From positions 565 through 64,564 of the forward strand of contig NDHX01000004.1 in the NCBI GenBank assembly GCA_013626165.1: a stretch of DNA of 64,000 nucleotides, given 5' to 3'. Below, one piece after another: positions 48,501 through 57,698 of this stretch (the first letter of the stretch is position 1; each line of letters starts with the position of its first letter). The DNA is from Candidatus Velesiimonas alkalicola (GTDB lineage: Bacteria; Omnitrophota; Gorgyraeia; Velesiimonadales; Velesiimonadaceae). A program made the translations under genes and the position numbers. The notes under the pieces were generated by a model. It made no database searches. It was given only the letters and a program-made list of their open reading frames with translations, and was not told the DNA's origin.

Positions 48501-48698
48501 TTGCTTCCCATCCCAAATTCTAAAATCGGGGTTGCCGGCATCAGTCTTTTTAGGCAAGGTAGTGATATAAATCCGCTTTTTATTGATGGAGTTAGAAAAG
48601 GTTTGGAGAAGTCCTTCCAGAGTAGAATAATAACTTTCCTCACGGGCATCTTCTCTTAAGGCTACCTCAAATATTTTTCTTAAATATGCCTTTAGCAT
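45561..48698 (-). CDS. Type IIG / type ISP-like single-chain restriction-modification enzyme
   Basis: PDF...GYIEAK nuclease, YETFLAEYD, GVYYTPEPVV, LDPAAGT, GNPPY, YRPFD, FPRIP, IGGYQVL.KWLKDRK. Confidence 0.9.
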   Translation of the reverse strand: MLKAYLRKIFEVALREDAREESYYSTLEGLLQTFSNSINKKRIYITTLPKKTDAGNPDFRIWDGKQNIVGYIEAKRPIEKNLDIIEDTEQLKRYLKTFPNLILTNFFEFRLYRNGQLIDRVLIARPFIIHTLKTIPPVEKEKDFLGLLNKFFSFSLPQTYTAESLAIELAKRTRFLKDQVIIEELKEEEEKGKGFILGFYKAFQEYLIKGLTREDFADLYAQTITYGLFAARTRSQNGFNRKLAYDNIPGTIGILRDVFEFVSRGKLPPQMEWIIDDISEVLAVTDVKNILHQYFHEGKGKDPIVHFYETFLAEYDPQTREKRGVYYTPEPVVSYIARSLQDILKEHFNRADGFASDSVTVLDPAAGTLTFLAEASKLAVEEFVSKYGEGGKEKFIKEHILKNFYAFELMMAPYAVGHLKMSFLLEGLGYRLQRDDRVKLYLTNTLEMEELAQAEIPGMASLSEESHLAGKVKKEQPILVILGNPPYSGHSSNIGNWISKEIKAYFQVDSKPLGEKNPKWLQDDYVKFIRFAQWKIDQAGEGVLGFITNHSYLDNPTFRGMRQSLMKSFNEIYILDLHGNSLKKEKCPDGSKDNNVFDIQQGVAIALFIKSKPPIPPLEKGGKGGFDCKVHHSEIWGLREKKSDWLLRNDIKTTQWKKLSPTSPYYFFIPREEKGREIYEKYWKVTDIFPVNCVGIVTARDKFVIDFDKDVLKRRIAMFRNLSMPDELVKQTFKLKDTRGWKFAEVRRELAKDDDWEQAITKILYRPFDKQWIFYHDAVIERSRKEVMQHMIQENLGLLIKRQNKMTPFSYTFVSDLIVESCVFESAFANNTICPLYLYPNTDKKGLFSHLESGEKKPNLNPELVEKLSQVYSQEPSPEEIFFYIYGTLYSNVYRKKYAEFLKVDFPRIPFTKDYDLFIKMERYGKVLVGLHLLKSIALDDPLAQFPERGSGRMENPKYSEKEKKVYINKDQCFEGIEKDVWEYQIGGYQVLNKWLKDRKGKTLSLNDIKHYCQIATALKKTIEIQKNIDNLYPEVECSVIYSCG
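46821..46866. repeat. Palindromic element inserted in frame (encodes KPPIPPLEKGGKGGF)
   Basis: aaatccccccttaccccccttttctaaaggggggatggggggctt. Confidence 0.75.
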
Positions 48699-48791
48699 CT
48701 GGGATTATTCCTTAAGCTAAATCTTATTTGCCTCTCTTACTCTTCTATGATAATGGTAAATTTTGTGTAATTATGTAGAATATGTAGCTGT

Positions 48792-49334
48792 TTATTGCAC
48801 TTTTGTAATTCTTTGAATTTCTGGGTCAGTAAATATATCAAATTCGTCCATTGATTTCGTAGAAAATTCTGATACTACTGCACCATCTTTTCCTGCCTGG
48901 AACCAGTGAAGTGTGTCTGGTTGCAATGTATATTGGCTGCCTGGACTGAGTTCTATCTGATTCCAGACCGTATAATACTTCTCTTTTCCTTTCGGAGGTT
49001 TTGCCTTTAACTTATGAGTTGGATTCCCAGGCACATAAAGATAAACTTTCCCCCATCTACACCGGAAGGTCTCCTCCTTTCCCTGCTTACTGCCAACAGG
49101 AGGATGCCTGTGTTCAGGACAGGTTTGATAGGGAAACATTACAATTTCTTTTGCACAACACCTGTCGGTATTTACATAAACAAGAATTTCAACCCCTGTA
49201 TCTTTCAGTCTTCCAAGACCAAGATCTGCAACCTCTATTTTTGTCTTTTCTTGCTCTGTAATAACTATCCCTGCTTTTTCAAGGTACTTAAGTGCTTTTT
49301 GTTGCGCCAGTTTTAATTGCATTTTTGTGAGCAT
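48792..49334 (-). CDS. D-lyxose/D-mannose family ketol-isomerase (cupin)
   Basis: YVNTDRCCAKE, QTCPEHRHP, GKEETFRCRWG, HWFQAG, SEFST. Confidence 0.88.
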   Translation of the reverse strand: MLTKMQLKLAQQKALKYLEKAGIVITEQEKTKIEVADLGLGRLKDTGVEILVYVNTDRCCAKEIVMFPYQTCPEHRHPPVGSKQGKEETFRCRWGKVYLYVPGNPTHKLKAKPPKGKEKYYTVWNQIELSPGSQYTLQPDTLHWFQAGKDGAVVSEFSTKSMDEFDIFTDPEIQRITKVQ

Positions 49335-49343
49335 CTCATCCTC

Positions 49344-50363
49344 CTATATCTGTTCTATTCCTGCCTCAAGACTATATCTTCTGCTCTCACCTGGTTTTAA
49401 GAATTGCAATCTTCCTGATTTTCTTTCCTTTGCCCTTCCCTCAACAAGACAGTTAGATGGTTCAATACCGAGAACATACATACCCTGTCCCATCATCTTC
49501 CACTGGATAAGACAGGGAAGTTCGTTCTTGAAATACTTAATATAAAAACGAATACCTATATTCTTATTCTCAATGAATACCTGGACACTGCCATTTTTAT
49601 CAGGTTCTATATTGTGGTAGTAGCACTTTTCTTTATAGCCAGGGATAGGCAATGAGAACCTGTTCCATCTTTCTTTTTCTGCTTCACCATTCCTTGGCTT
49701 TGTCTTGCCGGGGGGTAGTATCAGTTTTACATTTTTATCAATAAGGGGAAATCCAAAATTGAAGTGATAAAGTATCATATGCTCTGTATTTTGATATCCT
49801 AAATTTTCTATTTTATCCTGGATAAAGAGTCTATTTTCGCCCATTTTCGCCTGGATTTTTCTTTCAAGGCAGATGTTTTCTTCAAAATTTGAAACCTCAT
49901 ACATTTTTCCTTTTACAGACATAATGTAATCATTGTTTTCCCATATCTCATCTACACAAACACTACCTGCAGGGATGTTAGATATTCTACCGTGAAGACC
50001 AAGTTTTTTACCTTTATCAACACAGGGCCTTCCAATATAAGTTAATCCGCAGGTTGTAAGAAGTCCGCCAAAAAAACTTCTTAAAAATCCTGTCCCCTCA
50101 GGTTCAAAATAATAGGGTGAAACAATCCCTGTGGGAGAAATCCATGCCAGGGGTATACTTTTGTATTCACAAGACGCTATATCCATCCCTCTTCCAGGAA
50201 GAACAGTAAATTTAAAACCTGTGCCGGTTTTAAAGTCAATAGCAGAAACACCCTTTTCCCTGCCGTCTTGAAGTTGATACTGTTTTATTCCTCCAATCTG
50301 AGAAATATTGCCAACCCTTTTAAGAAGTTCATCCTTTGTGAATTCTTTTCCCCAGAGTTTCAT
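49344..50363 (-). CDS. Aldose 1-epimerase family protein (DUF4432)
   Basis: RGMDI, GLLTTCGL, LHGRISNIPA, LYHFNFG, LGIEP. Confidence 0.85.
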   Translation of the reverse strand: MKLWGKEFTKDELLKRVGNISQIGGIKQYQLQDGREKGVSAIDFKTGTGFKFTVLPGRGMDIASCEYKSIPLAWISPTGIVSPYYFEPEGTGFLRSFFGGLLTTCGLTYIGRPCVDKGKKLGLHGRISNIPAGSVCVDEIWENNDYIMSVKGKMYEVSNFEENICLERKIQAKMGENRLFIQDKIENLGYQNTEHMILYHFNFGFPLIDKNVKLILPPGKTKPRNGEAEKERWNRFSLPIPGYKEKCYYHNIEPDKNGSVQVFIENKNIGIRFYIKYFKNELPCLIQWKMMGQGMYVLGIEPSNCLVEGRAKERKSGRLQFLKPGESRRYSLEAGIEQI

Positions 50364-52209
50364 TTTTGTTATCCTCCGTAATATTAAACTTTTTTATATA
50401 TACATTTAATATTGATATTGCAGAAGGGGTTATGCCTGAGATTTTAGATGCCTGTGCAAGGTCTTCTGGTTGCCTTTTTGAAAGTTTTTCAACTATTTCT
50501 TTTGAAAGCCCTGATATTTTTGAAAAATCCATACCTTTAGGTATTTTTATTTTTGAAAGGTGTTTTGTTTTTTCAATTTCTTTTAAGTGTCGCTGTATAT
50601 ATCCCTCATATTTTACATCAGTCTGAACCTGAAACGCAACATCCTCTTCTAAATCTTCAGCTTTTTTATAAAGTATTTTTATATCTGAATATGTAACATC
50701 GGGTCTTTTTAAAAATTCATCAAGGCTTACAGGCCTGTTTATTGAACCCATATTTAAGGGAAGTATCATCGTTGTTTTCAGATGTTGTTTTTCTTCTTCA
50801 ATAATCTTCTTTTTCCTTTCTACTTCTCTATAAAAACCCTCTGATAAAAGTCCAAACCTGTAACCATATCTTGAAAGTCTTATGTGCGCATTGTCCTCTC
50901 TTAAAATAAGTCTGTACTCAACCCTTGATGTGAACATCCTGTATGGCTCGTCAGTTCCTTTTGTTACAAGGTCATCCATAAGAACACCGATATATCCCTC
51001 ATATCTGTGCATAATAAACGGCTCTTTTTCTTTTATAAAAAGCGCTGCATTTATGCCTGCTATAAGACCCTGTGCTGCTGCTTCTTCGTAGCCGGTAGTT
51101 CCATTTATTTGTCCTGCAAAAAAAAGTCCCCTTATATTTTTTGTTTCAAGTGTATGTTTTAATTGTGTTGGTTCTATAAAATCATACTCAATGCCATATC
51201 CGTACTGCAAGAATTGTGCCTTTTTAAGTCCCTCTATGCTATGAATCATTTTTTCTTGTACATCTTTCGGAAGGCTTGTGGATATTCCATTAAGGTACGC
51301 CTGGGGTGTGTGTCTTCCTTCCGGTTCTATAAATATGTGGTGTCTTTCCCTGTTTGAAAATCGGACAACCTTATCTTCTATTGAAGGGCAGTATCTTACA
51401 CCTTTTGCTTTTATTACACCTGTATAAAGCGGTGAACGGTTCAGGTTATTTAAAATAATCTGATGTGTGGTTTTGTTTGTGTATGTAAGATAACACAGGA
51501 TTTGTTCCTGTTTCATCGGTTTTGTTCTAAATGAAAAACCAGATGGCGGGGTATCACCTTCTATTTTTTTTAATTTTTCAAGGTTTATTGTTTTTATATC
51601 AATCCTGGGACAGGTTCCGGTCTTAAAGCGTCCCACACTAAAACCCATATCTTGAATCTGGATAGCCACTTTTGAAACAGCCTTTTCTTGCAATCTTCCA
51701 GAGGGAAAATTTTCAAGTCCGATATGTATAATTCCCCTGAAAAATGTCCCGGGGCAAAAAACAGCGGCCTTACATTCAATCTGTTCCTGATTATTAATTT
51801 CAATAGAACAGATAGAGTTAGCCCTTGTTTTTAACCCTGTAACCTCTGCCTCAATTATTTTAAGGTTTTTCTGATTTTCAAGAATCTGTCTTATATATAT
51901 TCTATATTCTTTCCTGTCTATCTGACACCTTGAAGACCTTACAGCAGGGCCATAAGATGTGTTAAGCCTTTTAAATTGTATGCCGCAAACGTCTGCTGCA
52001 AGTCCCATCTGGCCGCCAAGCGCATCTATTTCTTTTACAAGCTGTCCCTTCCCAATCCCGCCGATTGCAGGATTGCAAGAACATTCACCTATCTTATCAA
52101 GGCTTAAGGTTATAAGAAGTGTTGAGCACCCCATCCTGCTTGATGCAAGGGCTGCTTCTGTGCCAGAGTGTCCCGCCCCTACTATGGCTACATCAAACTG
52201 TTTTTCCAT
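50329..52209 (-). CDS. mnmG: tRNA uridine 5-carboxymethylaminomethyl modification enzyme
   Basis: VGAGHSG, SCNPAIGGIGKG, RYCPSIEDK, AGQINGTTGYEEAAAQG, YRMFTSR. Confidence 0.97.
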   Translation of the reverse strand: MEKQFDVAIVGAGHSGTEAALASSRMGCSTLLITLSLDKIGECSCNPAIGGIGKGQLVKEIDALGGQMGLAADVCGIQFKRLNTSYGPAVRSSRCQIDRKEYRIYIRQILENQKNLKIIEAEVTGLKTRANSICSIEINNQEQIECKAAVFCPGTFFRGIIHIGLENFPSGRLQEKAVSKVAIQIQDMGFSVGRFKTGTCPRIDIKTINLEKLKKIEGDTPPSGFSFRTKPMKQEQILCYLTYTNKTTHQIILNNLNRSPLYTGVIKAKGVRYCPSIEDKVVRFSNRERHHIFIEPEGRHTPQAYLNGISTSLPKDVQEKMIHSIEGLKKAQFLQYGYGIEYDFIEPTQLKHTLETKNIRGLFFAGQINGTTGYEEAAAQGLIAGINAALFIKEKEPFIMHRYEGYIGVLMDDLVTKGTDEPYRMFTSRVEYRLILREDNAHIRLSRYGYRFGLLSEGFYREVERKKKIIEEEKQHLKTTMILPLNMGSINRPVSLDEFLKRPDVTYSDIKILYKKAEDLEEDVAFQVQTDVKYEGYIQRHLKEIEKTKHLSKIKIPKGMDFSKISGLSKEIVEKLSKRQPEDLAQASKISGITPSAISILNVYIKKFNITEDNKNETLGKRIHKG

Positions 52210-53429
52210 ATATTTAGTCTTATAAGATTCAGAGCATACTGGACAGTGGTGTGCTTTATATCTTCTCTAGGGCTTGAAAATATAAACCTATGTGTATGTA
52301 TATCTTTTTTGTCTGCGATTGAAATAAAAACAAGTCCGACAGGTTTTTGTTTTGTTCCGCCTCCGGGTCCTGCAATTCCGGTAATACCAATAGCATATGT
52401 GCTGTTTGAAATCCTCTTAACTCCTTCTGCCATCTGTTCTGCAATTTGTTCACTTACTGCACCATATCTTTTAATCAGTCTTTCTTGAACACCTAAAATT
52501 TTTATTTTACTTTCATTGCTGTATGATGTAATTCCTACCAAAAAATATTTTGAACTTCCCGAAACATTTGTTATCCTGTTTGACAGAAGCCCTCCTGTGC
52601 AGGATTCGGCAACCGATAGTGTTGATGAGTTTTTTAAAAGTAGAGCCCCTACAACCTCTTCAAGGGTTTCCTTGTCTTTCCCAAAGATGTTATTTTTTAG
52701 TCTTTTTTCTATTTCTTTTTCTACACTTTCAAATTTTTTGTTTGCCTGTTCTATATCTTTTGCCTTTGTTCTTATTCTTAATTCTACCTGTGAAAGATGA
52801 GCATAAATTCCAACTGTTATATCAGGGCCGAGGGTTAAAATATCTTTTACTTTTTCATTTACCTCTGATTCTCTGATGCCCATAGTTTTAATTGTTCGTG
52901 TAAAAAGACTCTGTTTAGAGTGCTTTTTAAGATAAGTCATCAGATACCCTTCTACCATCGTTTGCATTTCTCTGGAAACGCCTGGAAAAAGAAACACATC
53001 ACATGCTTTTATTTTTATATATATACCTGGTGCTGTCCCGATACTGTTTTCTATTACCCTTGAACCTTTTAGGACATATGCCTGTTTTATATCTAATGAA
53101 ACATCAATATTTTTTTCTCTTGAAAATCTTTTTATGTTTTTTAATGTTTTTTTATGTAAGACAAGAGGGATATTAAATATCTTTGAGACAGATCGGACTG
53201 TTACATCATCTACTGTGGCACCAAGTCCGCCTGTTGCTATTACTATATCAGACCTTTTGACCGCACTTTTAAAAACACTCCCAATTCTTTCAGGGTTGTC
53301 CCCGACATCGGTATGATAGTGGACATCTATACCCCTTTGAGCCATTTTTTCAGATACAAACCTTACATTAGTATTTAAGATATCACCTGTAAGAAGTTCT
53401 GTCCCTATACAAATAATTTCTGCTTTCAT
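52188..53429 (-). CDS. cinA: Competence/damage-inducible protein CinA (MoCo-binding domain plus PncC NMN deamidase)
   Basis: IGTELLTG, TGGLG.T.DD, AESCTGG, GITGIAGPGGG. Confidence 0.93.
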   Translation of the reverse strand: MKAEIICIGTELLTGDILNTNVRFVSEKMAQRGIDVHYHTDVGDNPERIGSVFKSAVKRSDIVIATGGLGATVDDVTVRSVSKIFNIPLVLHKKTLKNIKRFSREKNIDVSLDIKQAYVLKGSRVIENSIGTAPGIYIKIKACDVFLFPGVSREMQTMVEGYLMTYLKKHSKQSLFTRTIKTMGIRESEVNEKVKDILTLGPDITVGIYAHLSQVELRIRTKAKDIEQANKKFESVEKEIEKRLKNNIFGKDKETLEEVVGALLLKNSSTLSVAESCTGGLLSNRITNVSGSSKYFLVGITSYSNESKIKILGVQERLIKRYGAVSEQIAEQMAEGVKRISNSTYAIGITGIAGPGGGTKQKPVGLVFISIADKKDIHTHRFIFSSPREDIKHTTVQYALNLIRLNIWKNSLM

Positions 53430-54526
53430 AATAATAAGGCGCCTTTTGATGGTTCAAATCTGTATGTATCACAGTTTATATTAGTTTTCTTAAAATAGTT
53501 TTCTTTTATATATTTTGAAAATCCATCAAACCTTTCCCTTTTAAGAAGTGTAACGGTGCATCCCCCAAAGCCTGCACCTGTCATTCTGCTTCCATAAACA
53601 CCGGGAAAGTTTTTTGCAAGCCTTACAAGTATATCAAGTTCTTTACAACTTACCGAATAAAGATCACGAAGCGATGTATGCGATTCATACATAAGTTTGC
53701 CAAACCCAACAACATCATTTTTTTTAAGAAATTCAGCAGCCTTCACAGTCCTTTCTATTTCCCTTACAACATGTTCACATCTTGACCATATGTTTCCTAA
53801 AAACTTTTTTCTGTATCTGAGCAATACATCAGGGGTTATATCCCTGAGCGCTTTTATTTTTAATCCACTGGCATTAAGCATCCGAACACCCTGTTCACAG
53901 TCAGCCCTTCTTCTGTTATACTCTGAATCAACAAGTTGCCGTTTTACTTTGCTATCTACAACAGCAAAACAGAACCCATCCGGTACAGGAACATACTTAT
54001 ATTTAAGACTTCTGCAATCAAGAAATAGTGCATTCTTTTTTTTTCCCAGTGCAGATGCAAACTGGTCCATTATTCCACATCTTGTTCCTACAAACTCATT
54101 TTCAGCCCTCTGACATAACCTTATTCCTCTGATTGGGACAACATCAAAACCATTTAATTTCATCCACATCATTAAACCCGCAACCTCCATTGCAGCAGAT
54201 GAACTTAAACCAGAACCTATGGGGATATTTCCGTCAATCTCAGCCTCAATACCAGAAAGGGTCTTACCCTGTTTCTGCAATTCAAAACTAACCCCCAGTA
54301 TATAGTTTGCCCAATGGAACTGACTTTTTTCTATTTTTTCAATACTCCCTTCATATGTCTGGTCAAATAGCTTTGAATGAAGAATTATCTTCCTGTCGCT
54401 TCTTTTTTTCGCTCTTATTCTTATATATCTATCTATTGCCACAGGAAGGACAAATCCGTCGTTATAGTCTGTATGTTCCCCTATAAGATTTACTCTTCCC
54501 GGTGCTGCAACATTTATTTCAGACAT
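53426..54526 (-). CDS. galK: Galactokinase
   Basis: APGRVNLIGEHTDYN, PIGSGLSSSAA, CGIMDQ, GSRMTGAGFGG. Confidence 0.95.
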   Translation of the reverse strand: MSEINVAAPGRVNLIGEHTDYNDGFVLPVAIDRYIRIRAKKRSDRKIILHSKLFDQTYEGSIEKIEKSQFHWANYILGVSFELQKQGKTLSGIEAEIDGNIPIGSGLSSSAAMEVAGLMMWMKLNGFDVVPIRGIRLCQRAENEFVGTRCGIMDQFASALGKKKNALFLDCRSLKYKYVPVPDGFCFAVVDSKVKRQLVDSEYNRRRADCEQGVRMLNASGLKIKALRDITPDVLLRYRKKFLGNIWSRCEHVVREIERTVKAAEFLKKNDVVGFGKLMYESHTSLRDLYSVSCKELDILVRLAKNFPGVYGSRMTGAGFGGCTVTLLKRERFDGFSKYIKENYFKKTNINCDTYRFEPSKGALLL

Positions 54527-54586
54527 TTTAATCTCCTATGTTAACAGAGCACCAGGCACCAGAGCACCAGGCACCAGATATTGGGG

Positions 54587-55516
54587 CTATTCAATCACTA
54601 TTGTTATCTTTGTTCCGGGTTTTAATTTGTTTGGATCTCTTATTCTTGCTTTATTTAAATTATACAGTGTCCGCCACCTGTTCCCGTCACCTAAGTGTTC
54701 TTTTGCAATTTTCCACAGGGTATCGCCTTTTTTTACAGTGTATTCTTTTTGAAAAACTTTTTCAGCACTTTCTATATACAATCTTTCTTCTATGATATAT
54801 GTTTCTTCACCTGTTTTGATTGCCCGATGATCTTTCGGCACCTCCCCTGCTGGAAGCATTATCTCTTCTACCTCTGCAATAATAAAGTGGGCATTCCTGT
54901 CTCTTTGCATACCTTTGATATCTTTTACAGTCGCAACCGCATCAAGTTTGCCTCTGCTTATCATTCTTATCCTTTGTTCAGAGATCCCTCTTTCTATTAA
55001 AAACCTTTGGACAGATGCTGCTCTTCTTCTACCTAATCTATAATTGTACTCAATGGAGCCTCTTACATCACAGTTGCCTGTTATAAGTATATCTGTTTCC
55101 CTGTTGGCTCTTAATACTCTAGCGGCATCTTCTAATATTTTTATATGGTCTTTCCTTAAATCACTTTTGTCAAAATCAAAATATATCTTTACATTTCTAA
55201 GTATTTTCTTAACAAGAAGAGATGGTCTTAATTCCCCTGGTTCAGGTGGGGGAAGTTCATCTGCTTTGTAGTCATATATTATTTTATGTACAAAAATATA
55301 TCCCCTGTTTCCCCAGGGACGTGCCTCGCCCGGCTCCTTGGGCCACCACCAGTATCCGCCCCTTTCATCTCGGACAGGACCTGGCTGTGCATCTGTGGGC
55401 CACCATTGAAACTCTTTTTGCAGTTCTCTTAACTGTTCATCTTTACTTAGTCTGCCTGAAAAACCCTGAATTGAAAAAACTGTTAAAAACAATATTAAAA
55501 ATATTTTTGCTTTCAT
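54587..55516 (-). CDS. Exported OmpA-domain plus LysM protein
   Basis: Signal peptide; Trp-rich N-domain; IYFDFDKS, GNCDVRGS.EYN..LGRRRA; YTVKKGDTLWKIA...IRDPNKL.PG. Confidence 0.88.
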   Translation of the reverse strand: MKAKIFLILFLTVFSIQGFSGRLSKDEQLRELQKEFQWWPTDAQPGPVRDERGGYWWWPKEPGEARPWGNRGYIFVHKIIYDYKADELPPPEPGELRPSLLVKKILRNVKIYFDFDKSDLRKDHIKILEDAARVLRANRETDILITGNCDVRGSIEYNYRLGRRRAASVQRFLIERGISEQRIRMISRGKLDAVATVKDIKGMQRDRNAHFIIAEVEEIMLPAGEVPKDHRAIKTGEETYIIEERLYIESAEKVFQKEYTVKKGDTLWKIAKEHLGDGNRWRTLYNLNKARIRDPNKLKPGTKITIVIE

Positions 55517-55697
55517 ATCTACCTCCTGGTATAATCTTCACTCTTTTTTATATTATCTCATAAAAATATTTAAATTCAATTCTTTGGGTATATTCCCCAT
55601 TTAGGAATAGGAACGAATATCATAATGCCATTGTTAGGCTCGGGTTTTTTAAAAATTTAATTTTACAAAAATATAAAGATGATGGTATAATAAGCCT

Positions 55698-57122
55698 ATG
55701 GTTTTAAGAATGCTGATATTATTGTGTTTTCTTGTTTTTCCTTTTAATCTTTTTTCAAATGCTTATATAATCCCTATCAAGGGCACAATAGACCTTGGAC
55801 TTTCCTCATTTGTAAAAAGAGCGATAGAAGAGGCAAAACAATCAAACGCTTCTGCAATAATACTTGATATAGATACCCATGGTGGAAGGCTTGATGCTGT
55901 TGACCAGATAAGTTCTTATATTTCAGGCGCAAAACCAATACCTGTTATTGCATTTGTAAGAGGAAAAGCCTGGTCAGCAGGGGCCCTTATCAGTCTTTCT
56001 TGTCAAAAAATATATATGGCTAAAGGCTCAAGCATAGGTTCTGCGGAACCAAGAAGGGTTAGTCTCTTCGGCTCTCCTGAGATTGACGAAAAATCAATAT
56101 CTGCTGTAAGGGCAAAATTTCGTTCAACTGCAGAAGAAAATGGACATAGTCCTGTTCTGGCTGAAAAAATGGTAGATAAGGATATATTGTTAAAAATGAT
56201 AGAGTATGAAGGAATTACAAGTGCAGTCAAGGAAGAAGAATATAATATTAAAAAGGAGCGGGTGGGTGAAGGAAAGATAAGGACTGTTCCTGCTCCTGTC
56301 GGATTTGGAAGAGGAAAGCTTTTAAATTTAAGTGCCGGTGAAGCAAAAACCCTTAAACTTGCATACAATGTTGTAGATACAGTTGATGATGTAATAAGGG
56401 GGGAAGGCTTCTCTGAATATGAAGTGATTAAAAAAACAATGAACTGGGCCGAGGCTATGGTAAGATTCTTTACCGACCCTATGGTTAGTTCTCTTCTTCT
56501 TACACTGGGATTTTTAGGGCTGTTGAGTGAATTACGGATGCCCGGGTGGGGAATTTCAGGAACAATTGGTGTAATATTCCTTATACTTTTTTTCTGGGGA
56601 CATTATCTTGTAGGACTTGCAAACTGGATTGAGATAATACTTTTTACAGTAGGCGTAGGGCTTTTAATTCTTGAAATTTTTATTACACCCGGATTTGGAA
56701 TTGCAGGTATTTCCGGTATAATACTCGTTGTTACAAGCCTGTTTCTTGCTATGGTAAAGCACCCATTCAAACCAGAGCAGTTTGAAATTACACAGGCATT
56801 TTATGTTATAACATATGCACTTGTTGGTTCCATTTTAGTATGGATATTGACTATGAGATTTTTACCAAGAACACATTTTTGGAAACGTCTTATACTTGCT
56901 ACAGAACAAAAAAAAGAGCTAGGCTATACATCGGAAGCAAACAGACTAAAAAAGTACGTTGGCAGGACAGGTATTGCAGATACATATTTAAGACCCAGCG
57001 GAAGAATAAGAATTGAAAACGAACTTATAGATGCAGAAACACAGGGTGAATTTATAGAAAATGGGAATCCTGTTATAGTAGTAAAAATTGAAGGCTCCAG
57101 GGTAATAGTTAAAGAGGTATAA
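55698..57122 (+). CDS. NfeD-family membrane-bound serine protease (long form, YqeZ-like)
   Basis: IDTHGG, AWSAGALI, SIGSAEP, TM region, C-terminal LRPSG OB domain. Confidence 0.88.
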   Translation: MVLRMLILLCFLVFPFNLFSNAYIIPIKGTIDLGLSSFVKRAIEEAKQSNASAIILDIDTHGGRLDAVDQISSYISGAKPIPVIAFVRGKAWSAGALISLSCQKIYMAKGSSIGSAEPRRVSLFGSPEIDEKSISAVRAKFRSTAEENGHSPVLAEKMVDKDILLKMIEYEGITSAVKEEEYNIKKERVGEGKIRTVPAPVGFGRGKLLNLSAGEAKTLKLAYNVVDTVDDVIRGEGFSEYEVIKKTMNWAEAMVRFFTDPMVSSLLLTLGFLGLLSELRMPGWGISGTIGVIFLILFFWGHYLVGLANWIEIILFTVGVGLLILEIFITPGFGIAGISGIILVVTSLFLAMVKHPFKPEQFEITQAFYVITYALVGSILVWILTMRFLPRTHFWKRLILATEQKKELGYTSEANRLKKYVGRTGIADTYLRPSGRIRIENELIDAETQGEFIENGNPVIVVKIEGSRVIVKEV

Positions 57123-57160
57123 ACATAGATACACTACCAATAATATTTTTTATTTTATCT

Positions 57161-57616
57161 ATGCTCGTTTTAGGATTTGTTCTATTATTGATAGAATTTT
57201 TTATAATCCCAGGTTTGGGTATAGTTGGTATATCAGGACTCGGGCTTCTTGCATATGGATCCTGGCTAAGTTATACAGAACTAAATATATGGGCCGGCAG
57301 TGTAGTAAGTGCTGGAAGCTTGCTTGTTATTATACTTGGACTCAAATTATTACCAAAAACCAGTGCATGGAAAAAGTTGAACCTCTCAAAGACTGTGGAT
57401 TCTAAGTCCGGTTTTAAGTCGTCTCCGGAAGGGATTGAAAATCTTATTGGAAAAAAGGGGAAAACCCTTTCTGCTTTGAGGCCTTCTGGTATTGCAGAGA
57501 TTGAAGGACAAAGGACAGATGTTCAAGCAGAAGGGATATTTATAGAAAAGGACAAAGAGATAGTTGTTGTTTGTATTGAAGGAAGCACAGCGATAGTGAA
57601 GAAAGGCAATGGATAA
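57161..57616 (+). CDS. Short NfeD-like membrane protein
   Basis: IEFFIIPG.G, LIGKKG.TLSALRPSG. Confidence 0.82.
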   Translation: MLVLGFVLLLIEFFIIPGLGIVGISGLGLLAYGSWLSYTELNIWAGSVVSAGSLLVIILGLKLLPKTSAWKKLNLSKTVDSKSGFKSSPEGIENLIGKKGKTLSALRPSGIAEIEGQRTDVQAEGIFIEKDKEIVVVCIEGSTAIVKKGNG

Positions 57617-57698
57617 CAGAATATAGGCGACTGAGCGACAGGCGACTGGTGCACTGGTGCACTGGTGCTCTGGTGCTCTAATAATATAGGAGGAAAAT

